A stretch of 64,000 nt of DNA from TPA_inf: Saccharomyces (taxonomy: Eukaryota): the NCBI GenBank assembly GCA_000146045.2, contig BK006942.2:320001-384000 (forward strand), given 5' to 3'. Under the pieces are notes generated by a model, which did not search any database, had not been told where the DNA came from, and saw only the letters and a program-made list of their open reading frames with translations. This document shows positions 45,466 to 57,286 of the stretch, one piece after another. Numbering within the stretch: the stretch's first letter is position 1; the number at the start of each line of letters is the position of its first letter. The position numbers and the translations under genes were made by a program.

Positions 45466-48400
45466 TCATGGAAGGGGTGGGGGTGGAGGAATACCTGCAG
45501 GTGGAATTGATGGGATACCTGCAGTAGAAACTGGTTGTGCCCCTTCTTCCTCTTCATCTGTACCAACTGATTCAGGAATCGATAAAACGTCATCATCAGA
45601 ATCGGATCCATATGCGCCCGTGCCTTTTTCAGCACCATTGTAGTTATCAACGTGAGCGATAATAGGTTCTGAAGTGGAAGCTTGTTGAGTTGGTAAAGGT
45701 GGGGGTGGAGGCAAAACGCCTCCAGCTAAAGCTGGGGTGGAAGAACCCGATTTTTGCACGGCAGTAGCTATTGCAGGTGCTGAGGGAATTGGAGGTTCTT
45801 GAAAGCCATCAACAGCAGGCAAAGGGGGAGCCAACGGGACGGGTGGCTCCTGAGTAACAGAAGGTGGTATCGGAGCTATTGGAATAGGACTACTCTTTTC
45901 ATTAGAGGTATTCGCCTGAGGGACAGGGACAGCAGGTGGAACAGGGGTAACAGACGGCAAGGGAGCAGCAGTAACAGGTGGAGCACGTGCATGATCAGGA
46001 TGACCAATCTTTGCTTCTTCAACCTTATTATCTACAGCTACGCGGTTATTACTCTCGTCTTCATCAGACCATCCATCATCCTCGTCCTCATCCAATCCTC
46101 TTTGGATTCTTCTTTGCATTTCTGCAGCGCGAGCATCGAAAGTAGATGTAGAGCTAGCTGATGCATCCTTGAAGTATGGATTATGGCCCATTGTCGTGGA
46201 AGGCAGACCAGTACTGTTCTTACCTGCGGCAGGGGTAACAGCAGCGTGTACCGAGCGAGGAGCATTAGTAGAATTTTGCGAAAAAGCTGCAGATGGTGCC
46301 ACTGGAGCGGCCTGAGGAACGTTCACATGGCCGCCAAAGTTGTCTTTTCCGTTTGTCTCCTCTTCGTCACTTTCATTTTGAGCATCCTCAATTTGCTTAC
46401 GTAAAGCTGCAAGTCTTTTTTCTTTATCAGCCTTTTTTTTAAGTTTCAATCGTTTTAGCTCCTCTTGTAAACGCTTTTCTTCATCATCTTCATCTTCATC
46501 ATCGGATTCTTGCTTTGCATTATATACATTCTGAACAGGTTGAGTTGGTTGAACAGGTTGAGTTGGCTGAACAGGTTGAGTTGGCTGAACAGGTTGAGTT
46601 GGCTGAACAGGTTGAGTTGGTTGAACAGGTTGTGTTGATTGAACAGGTTGAGTTGGTTGAGCGACTTCCACATATTTTTCTTCTTGGAATGGAGTTGCTC
46701 TAGGTTCAACTAAATTGGAAGAACCAGCAATCTGTTGTGGCTGTTCTCGAGAGTTTTCACTGCTAATCGATCTGGAACTTTGAGTAACATTTCGCCTATT
46801 CTTATCAAATTTAGCTAATTTTTCCTTCATTCTCTTTTTTGCCTGTTCTTTCAGATAAGCTGCTCTTTCTTCAGCAGTTTTGAACTGAGAATAAGAAGGC
46901 GACGAGGAACGGTCATCTACAGGGGTTGGTGTTGAGGAAGGCACAAAGGGAGATGACTCAGTCACTGATTTATTTGAATTTGACTTCAGATCATCCAAAA
47001 ATTCACGAACACCATCTTCTAACCCTATGCCAAATTCCCATCTTTCAAATTCTTGATTGGATATCATATTCGATCCTGTCATAGTAGACTTCAAGGATGC
47101 AGAAATATCTGATATAGATGACCTTATGTCTTTAATGATTTCTTGGTTCTTACCATTTTCCTGCTGGATTCTCTTGATTTCAGCACTTTGCTGTTCATCT
47201 TCCATGGAAAGTGAATCCTCCGATTCCGTTGATTTTCCTGTTAGAGCAGACATCCTTGCTCTCAACAAAGCCCTACTCTTAGCTTTCTTCCTATCATTTT
47301 CAGTTATTTCACCATTTGGACCAGATCCAATTATCGAAGAAGGATTTTTTTTTCTATACAACTGAATTTTTGCATTGGTAATCTCATTATCAATTGTAGA
47401 AATTTCATTGAATAGGTTTGGAAGTTTGGCGATGATGGCATCAAAGCGGCTTGTCAAATCTGATGGAATAGAACTGTCATAACAGTTTTCAGGATTGCTG
47501 ATATTTTTGATCTCATTTTCCAGTGAAGCAATATTTTTCAGATTTATTTCTCTTGAAAACCCAGCATATTTTGGTTTCGCTGTCTTCTTTTCAACAGTCT
47601 TATCTACCGAAATGTCATCGGTTTGAAGGGTGCTGCTAGAATGATTAACAGATTTAGCAGATGGTGAAGAAAAAGAAGATTGCTCTTCATTTTTCGCAGA
47701 GTAAACCTTCCTACGATTTCTATAGTTCGGCAAAACATCATCATCATTATTTTTGTAGCTCAAGGCATCGATTTTACCAAACGAAGGTTTTTCTTTTGTG
47801 GTCGTTGGCTCTGTCTTTAATTGGTTCTTTAAGTTGTCTAAAAGTTTTGTGCTGGAGGGAATTAAACTTGAAGGTAGGACATTGGGGATTGGCTTCCCGT
47901 TTAATTTACCGTAAACCAAGTGCATACCTAGTGCAAATTCTTGTTTATTCAATTGGCCGGTGTTGTTTATATCACAAAGGTTCCAAATTTGCTCCAAATC
48001 TGCACGATTTAAGCCAGATTTTCTAAAAATCTCCACAGCAGTGGGGGAATCTAACAAACCTTTGTTTTGAGTATCAAAAGTTTCAAAAATTTTATAAAAC
48101 AAAGATTTTTCCTCCGTGGAAATTTTGTCTTGACTTGAGTTATCAATTAAGTTATTATTAAAGTTGGATTTGGTATAAATTTCGTTATTACCAAATCCTG
48201 TCTTTTGGGCAGTCAACGGCATGGTAGCACTAAAGTTAGATGGTGGTAGAAAACCCGTTGGTTGGGGTTGCAACCCGGTTAACTGAGATTGTAATCCTTG
48301 TTGATTAAAGGACAAATTGGGCATACTTGCAGGACCGCTTTGCTGGGGCATAACGGAACCATATCCTCCGGTATACTGAGATTGCAAAGCACCGCCGGTC

Positions 48401-49908
48401 AACTGAGGTCCTAAATTAACGCCAAATGAAGTCTGTGGCATCATACCAGTTGTCTGTGGCATCATACCAGTTGTCTGTGGCATCATACCAGTTGTCTGAG
48501 GTTGCAAAGCATTGCCAGTAATGTTGGGTTGCATAGAGGCAGGTGCTCCTCCAGTAATTTGGGGGTTCAATCCGGGAGTTCCGGTATTCATTGACATGTT
48601 GAAAGTGGTTGGTGCCATAAATCCTGTGGATTGAGGATTCAACGCCGAGGCAACACCGCCTCCAGTAATTTGAGACTGTAATGGGATACCAAAACTAGTT
48701 TGAGGCATATATCCTGTTGGTTGAGGTTGCAAATTTTGTACGCCCGCTGTAATGAATTCATCAAAGGGAGTTTTTGGGGCATCGTTTGCGGAAGAATCCT
48801 GGTTTGCAATGCTTAAATTAATGGCGTCAATAAAACTTGAAACTTCGTTTTTTGTCTTAGAATCCAATTCGTAAGGGATAGTGTCACCTTGTAAGACATC
48901 ATTGATCAAATGCATTGCTAATGCAAATTCAGGAAACAGTAACTCACCTGCTTTTGATGTATCACAAAGCGTCCAAATTCTTGCGAGTTGAGAAGGTGGC
49001 AAACCGGATCTCATCAAAATTTTCCTACAATTAGCACCGGAAACAGTATTCGAACCATTGGTAACAATTGATCTGAATAGAGTCTCAAATTTTGCCTGAT
49101 CTTGGGCAGTAATAAACGACAATCTAATGGCAGGGATTTTGATATCATTGTTTAGACCGTTGTTGGCAAATGAGTTGACAAAGCCAGTTGCGGTGGGCTT
49201 TAATGGTTCTAAGGGAGCTTGGTTTTGCGGTTGAAGGTAAAATCCTGTTTGCTGCGGCTTCAAAGGTTGCAAGGACTGTGCTTGCTGAGGAGGTGGCACC
49301 TGTTGAGGTTGAGATTGATAATAACCAGTGCCCTGGGCCTGAAGGGGCTGCTGGGTTTGATTAGAAGAGATCAAATTGGGTGTAGACACATAATATCCTG
49401 TCCCTTGAGATTGCAAAGGTTGTACTGAGTGTACATTTGCAGTATTAGCAGCTTGGTAATAGCCTGTTCCTTGGGGTTGTATGGATTGTAGCTGAGGCTG
49501 TTGAGCCGGATTAGGTGGAGGCATGGTGCCAGTAGTATTCATCATAGGCATACTGGAATTTGGTACGTATCCCGTATGCTGCGGTTTCGCCTGCTGTTGT
49601 TGCTGCTGGGGTTGTTGGCCAAAATTACCATTACCATATACACTACCATTATTTCCATTATTATTGTAACCCGTTTGGGGCTGCTGTGGCATACTTGAGA
49701 AAGAATTACCAAAACTTTGAGGCATCCCACCAATTCCGGTAGCCTGAGGCTGGTTAAACGCCATTTGCTGTTGTGGTTGAGGCTGGCCTTGGGGCTGGTT
49801 TGAAGACTGACCTTGCTGCTGCTGCGGGTAGAATCCATTTGGTTGTTGCTGCTGTTGCTGCTGTTGCTGCTGGTAACCCATGCCCTGTTGCTGGTACGGG
49901 TTATACAT
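45466..49908 (-). CDS. PAN1: PAN1, endocytic scaffold with two EH domains and an Arp2/3-activating acidic C-terminus (1480 aa)
   Basis: 1480-aa ORF. The N-terminus is Gln-rich (poly-Q, QPQ). It has long-repeat (LR1/LR2) regions with TGF/TGY motifs, two EH domains ([13 protein letters not shown]..., [13 protein letters not shown]...) and a Pro-rich C-terminus. Internal QPTQPV and TGMMPQT tandem repeats are present. Confidence 0.9.
46533..46658 (-). repeat. Seven tandem copies of an 18-bp in-frame repeat (plus strand GAACAGGTTGAGTTGGCT, encoding QPTQPV on the PAN1 strand)
   Basis: Seven consecutive near-identical 18-mers seen directly. They generate the spurious antisense EQVELA and QLNLFS ORFs in the track. 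Confidence 0.9.
48431..48493 (-). repeat. Three tandem copies of a 21-bp in-frame repeat (GTCTGTGGCATCATACCAGTT, encoding TGMMPQT in PAN1)
   Basis: Three perfect consecutive 21-mers. Confidence 0.9.
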
Positions 49909-50416
49909 ATTCAGTTGTACAGATTAGCAATTTCGCGTCGCTGATAGATTCTTCCTCTTCCTGCTTCTCGACGTGTGTTTCGCCAATAGATCTATATGGC
50001 TTTCTAATGCTTTTTTTCTTCCAATACCAACTTTTGCCCCTAACAAGAAAAAAATATCGTCGACGTGTCATGTGATCAAGCCAATTTATAATAACAAGCG
50101 ATTGATAAACAGAGTATACATAGCTACTATGCGACTGAGAGATCAATCGGTTATCGTGAGCACCTACCTTTAAGGTTTAACAGATCTGGACGTGATTTTT
50201 TTTTTTTTTTTTTGACGAACCAGATTGTCAAATAAACATTGTTAATTGATGAATTTTTAATATCTGCCCAATTGAAGCATAAAAAGCGTCTTAGGAAAGC
50301 ATTCGTTAAATATCTCTACTGTTGGTAAGCAGGTACTTCAGTAAAAAACCATATTAAACCCAAAATTATCAAATTAGTAGTACATAAGATCGAAGTAGAA
50401 AAAATATAGATTATAA

Positions 50417-50488
50417 TCCGATATAGTGTAACGGCTATCACATCACGCTTTCACCGTGGAGACCGGGGTTCGACTCCCCGTATCGGAG
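50417..50488 (+). tRNA. tE(UUC): tRNA-Glu (anticodon UUC)
   Basis: TCCGATATAGTGTAACGGCTATCACATCACGCTTTCACCGTGGAGACCGGGGTTCGACTCCCCGTATCGGAG with box B GGTTCGACTCC. A T-rich terminator follows about 15 nt downstream. Confidence 0.95.
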
Positions 50489-50703
50489 TATGTTTATTTT
50501 ATTTTTTTCATATCCGCTCGAATATTGCCTTCGTTTAAGGTTTCTATATCTCTGGTAAACCTTAACAATGGAATTAATATTAATTCTATATTTCGCAATA
50601 ATTCTACTGACAGTTATTTTCTTAACCTTTCTTCTCTTTTTTTATTTATTTATTTCTTTTTCTTTCGTACCTAAATTGTTTGAATTTAATAAGAACAGAT
50701 CAT

Positions 50704-52998
50704 ATGCCTGCCAAAATACACATTTCTGCAGACGGTCAGTTTTGCGATAAAGATGGCAACGAGATCCAATTGCGTGGTGTCAATTTGGATCCGTCAGTTA
50801 AAATCCCTGCAAAGCCATTCCTATCCACCCACGCTCCCATAGAAAATGACACGTTTTTCGAGGATGCTGATAAAGTCAGTTTCATCAATCACCCCTTAGT
50901 TCTTGATGATATCGAACAGCATATCATCAGATTGAAATCACTGGGTTACAATACCATTCGTTTACCCTTCACCTGGGAATCTCTTGAACATGCTGGTCCA
51001 GGACAGTACGATTTTGACTATATGGATTATATCGTCGAGGTACTAACCAGGATTAACAGCGTACAACAAGGTATGTACATTTATTTGGACCCTCACCAAG
51101 ACGTCTGGTCTAGGTTTAGCGGTGGATCTGGAGCACCGCTATGGACCTTATACTGTGCAGGGTTTCAACCTGCAAACTTCCTGGCCACCGATGCTGCAAT
51201 CTTACATAATTATTATATTGACCCCAAAACGGGCAGGGAAGTTGGCAAAGATGAAGAGTCCTACCCTAAGATGGTTTGGCCTACAAACTACTTCAAACTG
51301 GCGTGTCAAACAATGTTTACGTTATTCTTTGGTGGGAAACAATATGCTCCTAAGTGCACAATTAATGGAGAAAACATACAGGATTACTTGCAAGGAAGGT
51401 TTAATGATGCAATCATGACACTGTGCGCAAGAATTAAAGAAAAGGCTCCTGAGTTGTTTGAGAGCAACTGCATTATTGGATTAGAGTCTATGAACGAGCC
51501 AAACTGTGGTTACATTGGTGAAACAAATCTCGATGTGATTCCGAAAGAGAGAAATTTGAAATTGGGCAAAACGCCAACGGCATTTCAAAGCTTTATGCTG
51601 GGTGAAGGTATTGAGTGCACAATAGATCAATATAAAAGGACATTTTTTGGATTTTCTAAGGGAAAACCGTGCACAATCAATCCCAAAGGCAAAAAAGCTT
51701 GGCTGAGTGCAGAGGAAAGAGATGCGATAGATGCGAAGTATAATTGGGAAAGGAACCCTGAATGGAAACCAGACACTTGCATTTGGAAACTCCATGGTGT
51801 TTGGGAGATTCAGAATGGTAAACGCCCTGTTTTACTCAAACCAAATTACTTTAGCCAACCTGATGCAACGGTATTTATAAACAATCATTTTGTTGACTAT
51901 TACACTGGAATTTATAACAAGTTTAGGGAATTCGATCAAGAATTGTTTATTATAATCCAACCGCCGGTAATGAAGCCACCACCCAATTTACAAAATTCTA
52001 AAATATTGGACAATAGGACGATTTGTGCATGTCATTTTTATGATGGTATGACACTAATGTATAAGACATGGAATAAACGAATTGGCATAGACACCTATGG
52101 ACTAGTAAACAAAAAATACTCAAATCCTGCCTTTGCTGTAGTGCTTGGCGAAAACAATATACGGAAATGCATTAGGAAGCAATTATCAGAAATGCAAAAG
52201 GACGCTAAATCCATGCTTGGAAAAAAAGTACCTGTATTCTTCACCGAAATTGGTATTCCATTTGACATGGACGACAAGAAAGCATATATTACAAATGACT
52301 ATTCTTCACAGACCGCTGCATTGGATGCTCTTGGATTTGCATTAGAAGGAAGTAATCTTTCGTACACCTTATGGTGTTATTGCAGTATTAATTCACATAT
52401 ATGGGGTGACAATTGGAACAATGAAGATTTTTCGATTTGGTCCCCGGATGACAAACCACTCTATCACGATACCCGAGCAAAAACTCCTACTCCTGAGCCA
52501 TCTCCAGCCTCTACTGTGGCTTCGGTATCCACTTCTACATCTAAATCGGGTTCTTCACAACCACCAAGTTTCATAAAACCAGATAATCATTTAGATTTGG
52601 ATAGTCCCTCGTGCACTTTAAAGAGCGACTTGTCAGGGTTCAGAGCTCTTGATGCTATAATGAGACCATTCCCCATACAAATTCACGGAAGATTTGAGTT
52701 TGCTGAGTTTAACTTATGTAATAAATCCTACCTTTTGAAATTAGTTGGTAAAACGACACCTGAACAGATAACTGTCCCTACATATATTTTTATACCACGG
52801 CACCATTTTACACCAAGCCGGTTGTCAATTCGTTCATCATCAGGTCATTATACCTATAACACTGACTACCAGGTTCTTGAATGGTTTCACGAGCCTGGCC
52901 ATCAGTTCATTGAAATTTGCGCAAAATCGAAGTCAAGGCCCAACACCCCTGGAAGTGACACTTCGAATGACTTACCAGCGGAATGCGTTATCAGCTAA
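50704..52998 (+). CDS. EGH1: YIR007W (EGH1), glycoside hydrolase family 5 (cellulase-superfamily) steryl-beta-glucosidase (764 aa)
   Basis: Track start 50680 is TTG. The ATG at 50704 gives 764 aa. A GH5 TIM-barrel has the conserved NEP general acid/base motif (LESMNEPNCGYIG) and a downstream FTEIG nucleophile region. The C-terminal third is Ser/Thr/Pro-rich. Confidence 0.75.
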   Translation: MPAKIHISADGQFCDKDGNEIQLRGVNLDPSVKIPAKPFLSTHAPIENDTFFEDADKVSFINHPLVLDDIEQHIIRLKSLGYNTIRLPFTWESLEHAGPGQYDFDYMDYIVEVLTRINSVQQGMYIYLDPHQDVWSRFSGGSGAPLWTLYCAGFQPANFLATDAAILHNYYIDPKTGREVGKDEESYPKMVWPTNYFKLACQTMFTLFFGGKQYAPKCTINGENIQDYLQGRFNDAIMTLCARIKEKAPELFESNCIIGLESMNEPNCGYIGETNLDVIPKERNLKLGKTPTAFQSFMLGEGIECTIDQYKRTFFGFSKGKPCTINPKGKKAWLSAEERDAIDAKYNWERNPEWKPDTCIWKLHGVWEIQNGKRPVLLKPNYFSQPDATVFINNHFVDYYTGIYNKFREFDQELFIIIQPPVMKPPPNLQNSKILDNRTICACHFYDGMTLMYKTWNKRIGIDTYGLVNKKYSNPAFAVVLGENNIRKCIRKQLSEMQKDAKSMLGKKVPVFFTEIGIPFDMDDKKAYITNDYSSQTAALDALGFALEGSNLSYTLWCYCSINSHIWGDNWNNEDFSIWSPDDKPLYHDTRAKTPTPEPSPASTVASVSTSTSKSGSSQPPSFIKPDNHLDLDSPSCTLKSDLSGFRALDAIMRPFPIQIHGRFEFAEFNLCNKSYLLKLVGKTTPEQITVPTYIFIPRHHFTPSRLSIRSSSGHYTYNTDYQVLEWFHEPGHQFIEICAKSKSRPNTPGSDTSNDLPAECVIS

Positions 52999-53076
52999 AC
53001 AAAAATTGAACCAAAAGCTATAGTAGTCATATATATATATATACACCCTTTTTATTGTTACAAAAAGATTTCACCA

Positions 53077-54306
53077 TCAGAAATCTAAAGAAGCCGGTTC
53101 ATCATCATCTTCACGTTCTCTTTTCACTGAACCCAGTTCATTTTTCAAAAGAGAACTCACATATGCTTGGAACTGATTGATAAAAGGTTGTAAAGCTGTT
53201 AATGAAACATCATTATTTTTCTCCATTTCTGTTTGAAGATCAATTAGCTTAGGTGCTTTTTCAGGTGCAAAGGATTCATCAATAGGCACACAGACATTCC
53301 CCGTAGCAGGATGAATACAAAAAGGGGCCTTTAACAAATGAATTGTTTGCTTTGTAACTTCCACATCCAGCTTCGGATAAAGAGTCATCAATACGAGATC
53401 TTCCTTACATTCACGTAACTTAATTATGTGAGAGTCTTGCTTGGGGCCTTTGAAGAGCGATGTAGCTATCTGATCTATATCATTCCACTTCTCTTTGCTT
53501 GACCTCCTTGGATTGTCCAGCCAATACTTCTTTAATGAATCAATCAATTGTTTATCATATAATGCAGGCAATAAAGTTTGGATAGCATGTTGGTCATCTT
53601 CCCAAGGATTTTGCTCTTCGAGCATAATGCTGACAAAGAAAGGTTTCAATTGCTCCAAAGAACGAGCAAGATGAGGGTGATAAGGCCTCTTCAAAGCCAA
53701 TCGCTTGTCAGTATTTCTGTCTCTAATCACGTTGACATAATCTAAAACGTTTCTTCGTTGTACATCCGTCAAAGCCCGTGCCCGTTTGTCGCTTACCCAA
53801 CAATGAGCACCACGTCTACCTGAAAATACCCAGATGAAGTCCTTATAACCAAAATCCTCTCTTAGGGCCGTGTTCGTAATTTTCATTGCCAAAGATATAA
53901 ATTTCCAGCACTTAGAGCAAACTTGGGCTCCGGAGCAACACGTTCTGAAGGCATCGTAATCATCCATATCAATATCAAACACCAACTCCTTCTCTAAAGC
54001 TTTCAATTCGCTTTTTAATAGAGTATCACGTTCTCTTGGCGGTTTGTTATATATGGCACCGATTTCAAATCTGTCTGGGTTGGCTTTTTCTATTTGTGCT
54101 TTGAAATCTTGCACAGAGTTAAAAGAATTATACCTTTTGTAAGCACCTGACCTGAACGCCATAGCGAATTCTCTGTTAATCATATCCCTAGAAGGTTTGG
54201 GCGAATGATTCAGCCAGTTGAAAATGTGTTTGAATGGATAGAGCGACTTATAGTAGTACTCCATGTCTGAGGAGCTTGGCCCATTAGTCTTTACTGAATT
54301 GGTCAT
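53077..54306 (-). CDS. PRI1: PRI1, DNA primase small (catalytic) subunit p48 (409 aa)
   Basis: 409-aa ORF with conserved archaeo-eukaryotic primase motifs (ELVFDIDMDDYD, catalytic aspartates) and a zinc knuckle (CCSGAQVCSKCW). Confidence 0.9.
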   Translation of the reverse strand: MTNSVKTNGPSSSDMEYYYKSLYPFKHIFNWLNHSPKPSRDMINREFAMAFRSGAYKRYNSFNSVQDFKAQIEKANPDRFEIGAIYNKPPRERDTLLKSELKALEKELVFDIDMDDYDAFRTCCSGAQVCSKCWKFISLAMKITNTALREDFGYKDFIWVFSGRRGAHCWVSDKRARALTDVQRRNVLDYVNVIRDRNTDKRLALKRPYHPHLARSLEQLKPFFVSIMLEEQNPWEDDQHAIQTLLPALYDKQLIDSLKKYWLDNPRRSSKEKWNDIDQIATSLFKGPKQDSHIIKLRECKEDLVLMTLYPKLDVEVTKQTIHLLKAPFCIHPATGNVCVPIDESFAPEKAPKLIDLQTEMEKNNDVSLTALQPFINQFQAYVSSLLKNELGSVKREREDDDEPASLDF

Positions 54307-54524
54307 GATGTTTATAAAACAGTTTTTTGAGTTGCTAAAACTAATTTTTGCTAGTATTATGGCACGCTTTTCTCTTCAGCTTCAAAGTATTTTTGATTAA
54401 TTTTTTATCTTTTTGGCGTTATGAAACTTTTCAACTGAAAGAAAACAATAGGTAAAAGTGGCAAAGGGCACTGACCGAGCAACTGTTTCGAAACTCACGC
54501 ATCATTCACACGTAGGATATAGTA

Positions 54525-54860
54525 ATGGTTGAACCAGCAAGGAAAAAGCAGAGGATTGATCGCGATACTCATCACACTGTGGCTGAACCAGTAACGGAAG
54601 CTAAAAATACGCTGTACGTGAGCCAGCTTAATGAAAAAATTAATATGCAACGACTGCGAGTAAACCTTTTTTTGCTCTTTGCTACGTTTGGAGAGGTACT
54701 GAAGGTTAGCATGAATTTCAAGAAACAGCGGGGCCAAGCCTTTATCACCATGAGAACCATCGACCAGGCCAGTCTGGCCCAGATTTCATTAAACGGCGAG
54801 CGATTCTTTGGTAAGCCTTTGAAAGTTGAGTTCAGCAAGAGTGAAACTAAAACACTATGA
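54525..54860 (+). CDS. MSL1: MSL1, U2 snRNP B''-like protein with a single RRM (111 aa)
   Basis: 111-aa ORF with an RRM containing RNP1 RGQAFITM and RNP2 LYVSQL. Confidence 0.85.
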
Positions 54861-55430
54861 CTGGCTTAACGCTCTATTCATAGCAGCACGTATATACCGA
54901 GAAGAGCTGCCATAGGGGCACATCAAAGTCAAGAGCGCAGAACCAAACCAAAATGTTTATATCCAAACAACCCGGCGTTATAGATGGTCGTCAACGGACA
55001 AATAATATCAAGGCATGTATCAATATGGAGTAGATATAGAATCTACAAAAATCTGTAGCAGAAAGAGTCTCCCGAAAAGACATACTGCAGAACGGCCGCT
55101 TATTCCTCACTTCAATTGCTTAAATAATACAAAGGGCAAACCACAGAGTACCCCATTGCCAAAAGACGTTTATTACATTTTGGAAGTGATAATTTAGTAT
55201 ATAAGACAGCTTACTATATGATGAATTACAGTGTAGTTCAGCGTTTATATGTGGCTTCGTTTAAAATGATATATATTTCTAGTAAAAGCAAAAATTCACA
55301 AATGATAAACAAATCAAAATAAACATCAAAAGAACCGCCAATTGATAAAAGCACAAAGTACCAGGCAGAGTTGTGAAACCGGGCCTCTTCTATTGTACCA
55401 CACACAAATTTTTCTTTATTTAGGTAGAGG

Positions 55431-57161
55431 ATGAGTCTGGAACCCACACAAACGGTCTCCGGTACGCCGCCGATGCTGCATCAAAGAACACACAAACAAG
55501 TATACCCATTGCGGATGGAAACTATCCCAATATTGGAATCCGACTCCAAGGCTACTCTACAAAGCAACGAGCCCACCCAGAAAGATGAGGAGGAGACCGA
55601 ATATTTTGAGAATAAACAATCCGTGTCGAATTTGAGCCCCGATTTGAAATTCAAACGACACAAGAATAAACATATCCAGGGGTTCCCTACTCTGGGCGAA
55701 AGGCTGGATAACCTGCAAGATATAAAAAAGGCCAAGAGAGTGGAGAATTTCAATTCTTCTGCGCCAATTGCTGACGACAATCATAGTGGAGATGCGACTG
55801 CAAATGCGACTGCAAATGCGACTGCAAATGCGACTGCGAATGTTAATGCAAGTGCAATGCCCGCTCCATATATGCCTTATTACTATTACTACCATCCGAT
55901 GAATGCACCAACTCCTGCAATGATACCATATCCTGGATCACCAATGCATTCGATTATGCCCAACTCCTCATTACAGCCCTTTTATTCGCAACCCACTGCT
56001 GCAGGCGGTCCCGATATGACTACTCCCCAAAATATATCTTCATCACAACAATTGCTGCCAGCTCCGCAATTGTTTCCGTACGGATCATTCCATCAACAAC
56101 AACTTCAGCAACCACACTACATTCAACGAACAAGGGAAAGGAAAAAATCAATCGGAAGTCAGAGAGGTAGAAGATTGTCTATGTTAGCATCTCAAGCTAA
56201 TGGGGGAAGCACTATTATATCTCCGCACAAGGATATTCCTGAAGAGGATTTTTACACCGTGGTTGGAAATGCGTCTTTTGGTAAAAATTTACAAATACGA
56301 CAGCTTTTCAACTGGTGTTTAATGAGATCTCTGCATAAATTGGAGTTGAAGGCTAAAAACCAAGAGGAAGAAGGGGAACTTGAACATCTGACCAAAAAAT
56401 CCAAGCTCGAATCAACAAAGGCAGAAACTGATTATGTGGATCCCAAACGTCTGGCTATGGTGATAATAAAAGAGTTTGTCGATGATCTTAAAAAAGATCA
56501 TATTGCGATAGATTGGGAAGATGAGGAAAAATATGAGGATGAAGATGAGGAGAAGATTCTGGATAATACTGAAAACTACGATGACACGGAACTGCGACAA
56601 CTGTTTCAGGAAAACGACGACGACGACGACGACGACGATGAGGTGGACTACTCGGAAATACAGAGGTCTAGACGTAAATTTAGTGAAAGGAGAAAAGCCC
56701 TACCGAAAGAACCAAAAAAACTATTACCTAATAGCAAAAACGTGGAAAACACAAAGAATCTTAGCATTTTAACGAGCAAGGTGAACGCGATCAAAAATGA
56801 AGTGAAAGAATGGGCAGTCACTTTAGACACTTCGAGACCAGATCTTGAATGGCAAGAATTGACTTCATTCTCATCACAACCACTGGAACCGTTGTCGGAT
56901 ACAGAAGAGCCAGACCTTGCGATTGCAGATGTTGAGACAAAGTTAGAAACAAAAGTCGATGAGCTAAGGTACCAGTCGCATATATTAAACTCGCACTCAC
57001 TAGCCTTAAACGAAATAACAAATTCAAAAGTGAATAAATTGAACATAGAAACAATGAGAAAGATCTCAAGCGAAACGGACGATGACCACTCACAAGTGAT
57101 TAATCCTCAACAGCTGTTGAAGGGATTAAGTTTATCTTTCAGTAAAAAACTGGATTTATGA
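55431..57161 (+). CDS. DSN1: DSN1, MIND/Mis12 kinetochore complex subunit (576 aa)
   Basis: 576-aa ORF with a low-complexity N-terminus containing an ATAN repeat, a poly-Asp tract, and a C-terminal coiled coil. Confidence 0.8.
   Translation: MSLEPTQTVSGTPPMLHQRTHKQVYPLRMETIPILESDSKATLQSNEPTQKDEEETEYFENKQSVSNLSPDLKFKRHKNKHIQGFPTLGERLDNLQDIKKAKRVENFNSSAPIADDNHSGDATANATANATANATANVNASAMPAPYMPYYYYYHPMNAPTPAMIPYPGSPMHSIMPNSSLQPFYSQPTAAGGPDMTTPQNISSSQQLLPAPQLFPYGSFHQQQLQQPHYIQRTRERKKSIGSQRGRRLSMLASQANGGSTIISPHKDIPEEDFYTVVGNASFGKNLQIRQLFNWCLMRSLHKLELKAKNQEEEGELEHLTKKSKLESTKAETDYVDPKRLAMVIIKEFVDDLKKDHIAIDWEDEEKYEDEDEEKILDNTENYDDTELRQLFQENDDDDDDDDEVDYSEIQRSRRKFSERRKALPKEPKKLLPNSKNVENTKNLSILTSKVNAIKNEVKEWAVTLDTSRPDLEWQELTSFSSQPLEPLSDTEEPDLAIADVETKLETKVDELRYQSHILNSHSLALNEITNSKVNKLNIETMRKISSETDDDHSQVINPQQLLKGLSLSFSKKLDL
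55794..55841 (+). repeat. Four tandem copies of a 12-bp in-frame repeat (GCGACTGCAAAT, encoding ATAN) within DSN1
   Basis: Seen directly. The fourth copy carries one substitution (GCGACTGCGAAT). Confidence 0.85.
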
Positions 57162-57286
57162 AATAAAAGAAAAAATCAAAAAAAAATCGGATACTTCTGC
57201 ATATGTAACATTACACAGTCATACATTTATATATACATATATATACATATTAATGTATTTGAAAAAGCAAAAGAACCATTCTATCC

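Noticed and set aside
46455-46709. Repeat-containing ORFs (QLNLFS... on minus, EQVELA... on plus) that superficially resemble a repeat array
   Set aside because: Both are alternative-frame or antisense readings of the PAN1 18-bp QPTQPV minisatellite. There are no unique spacers, so it is neither CRISPR-like nor a separate gene.
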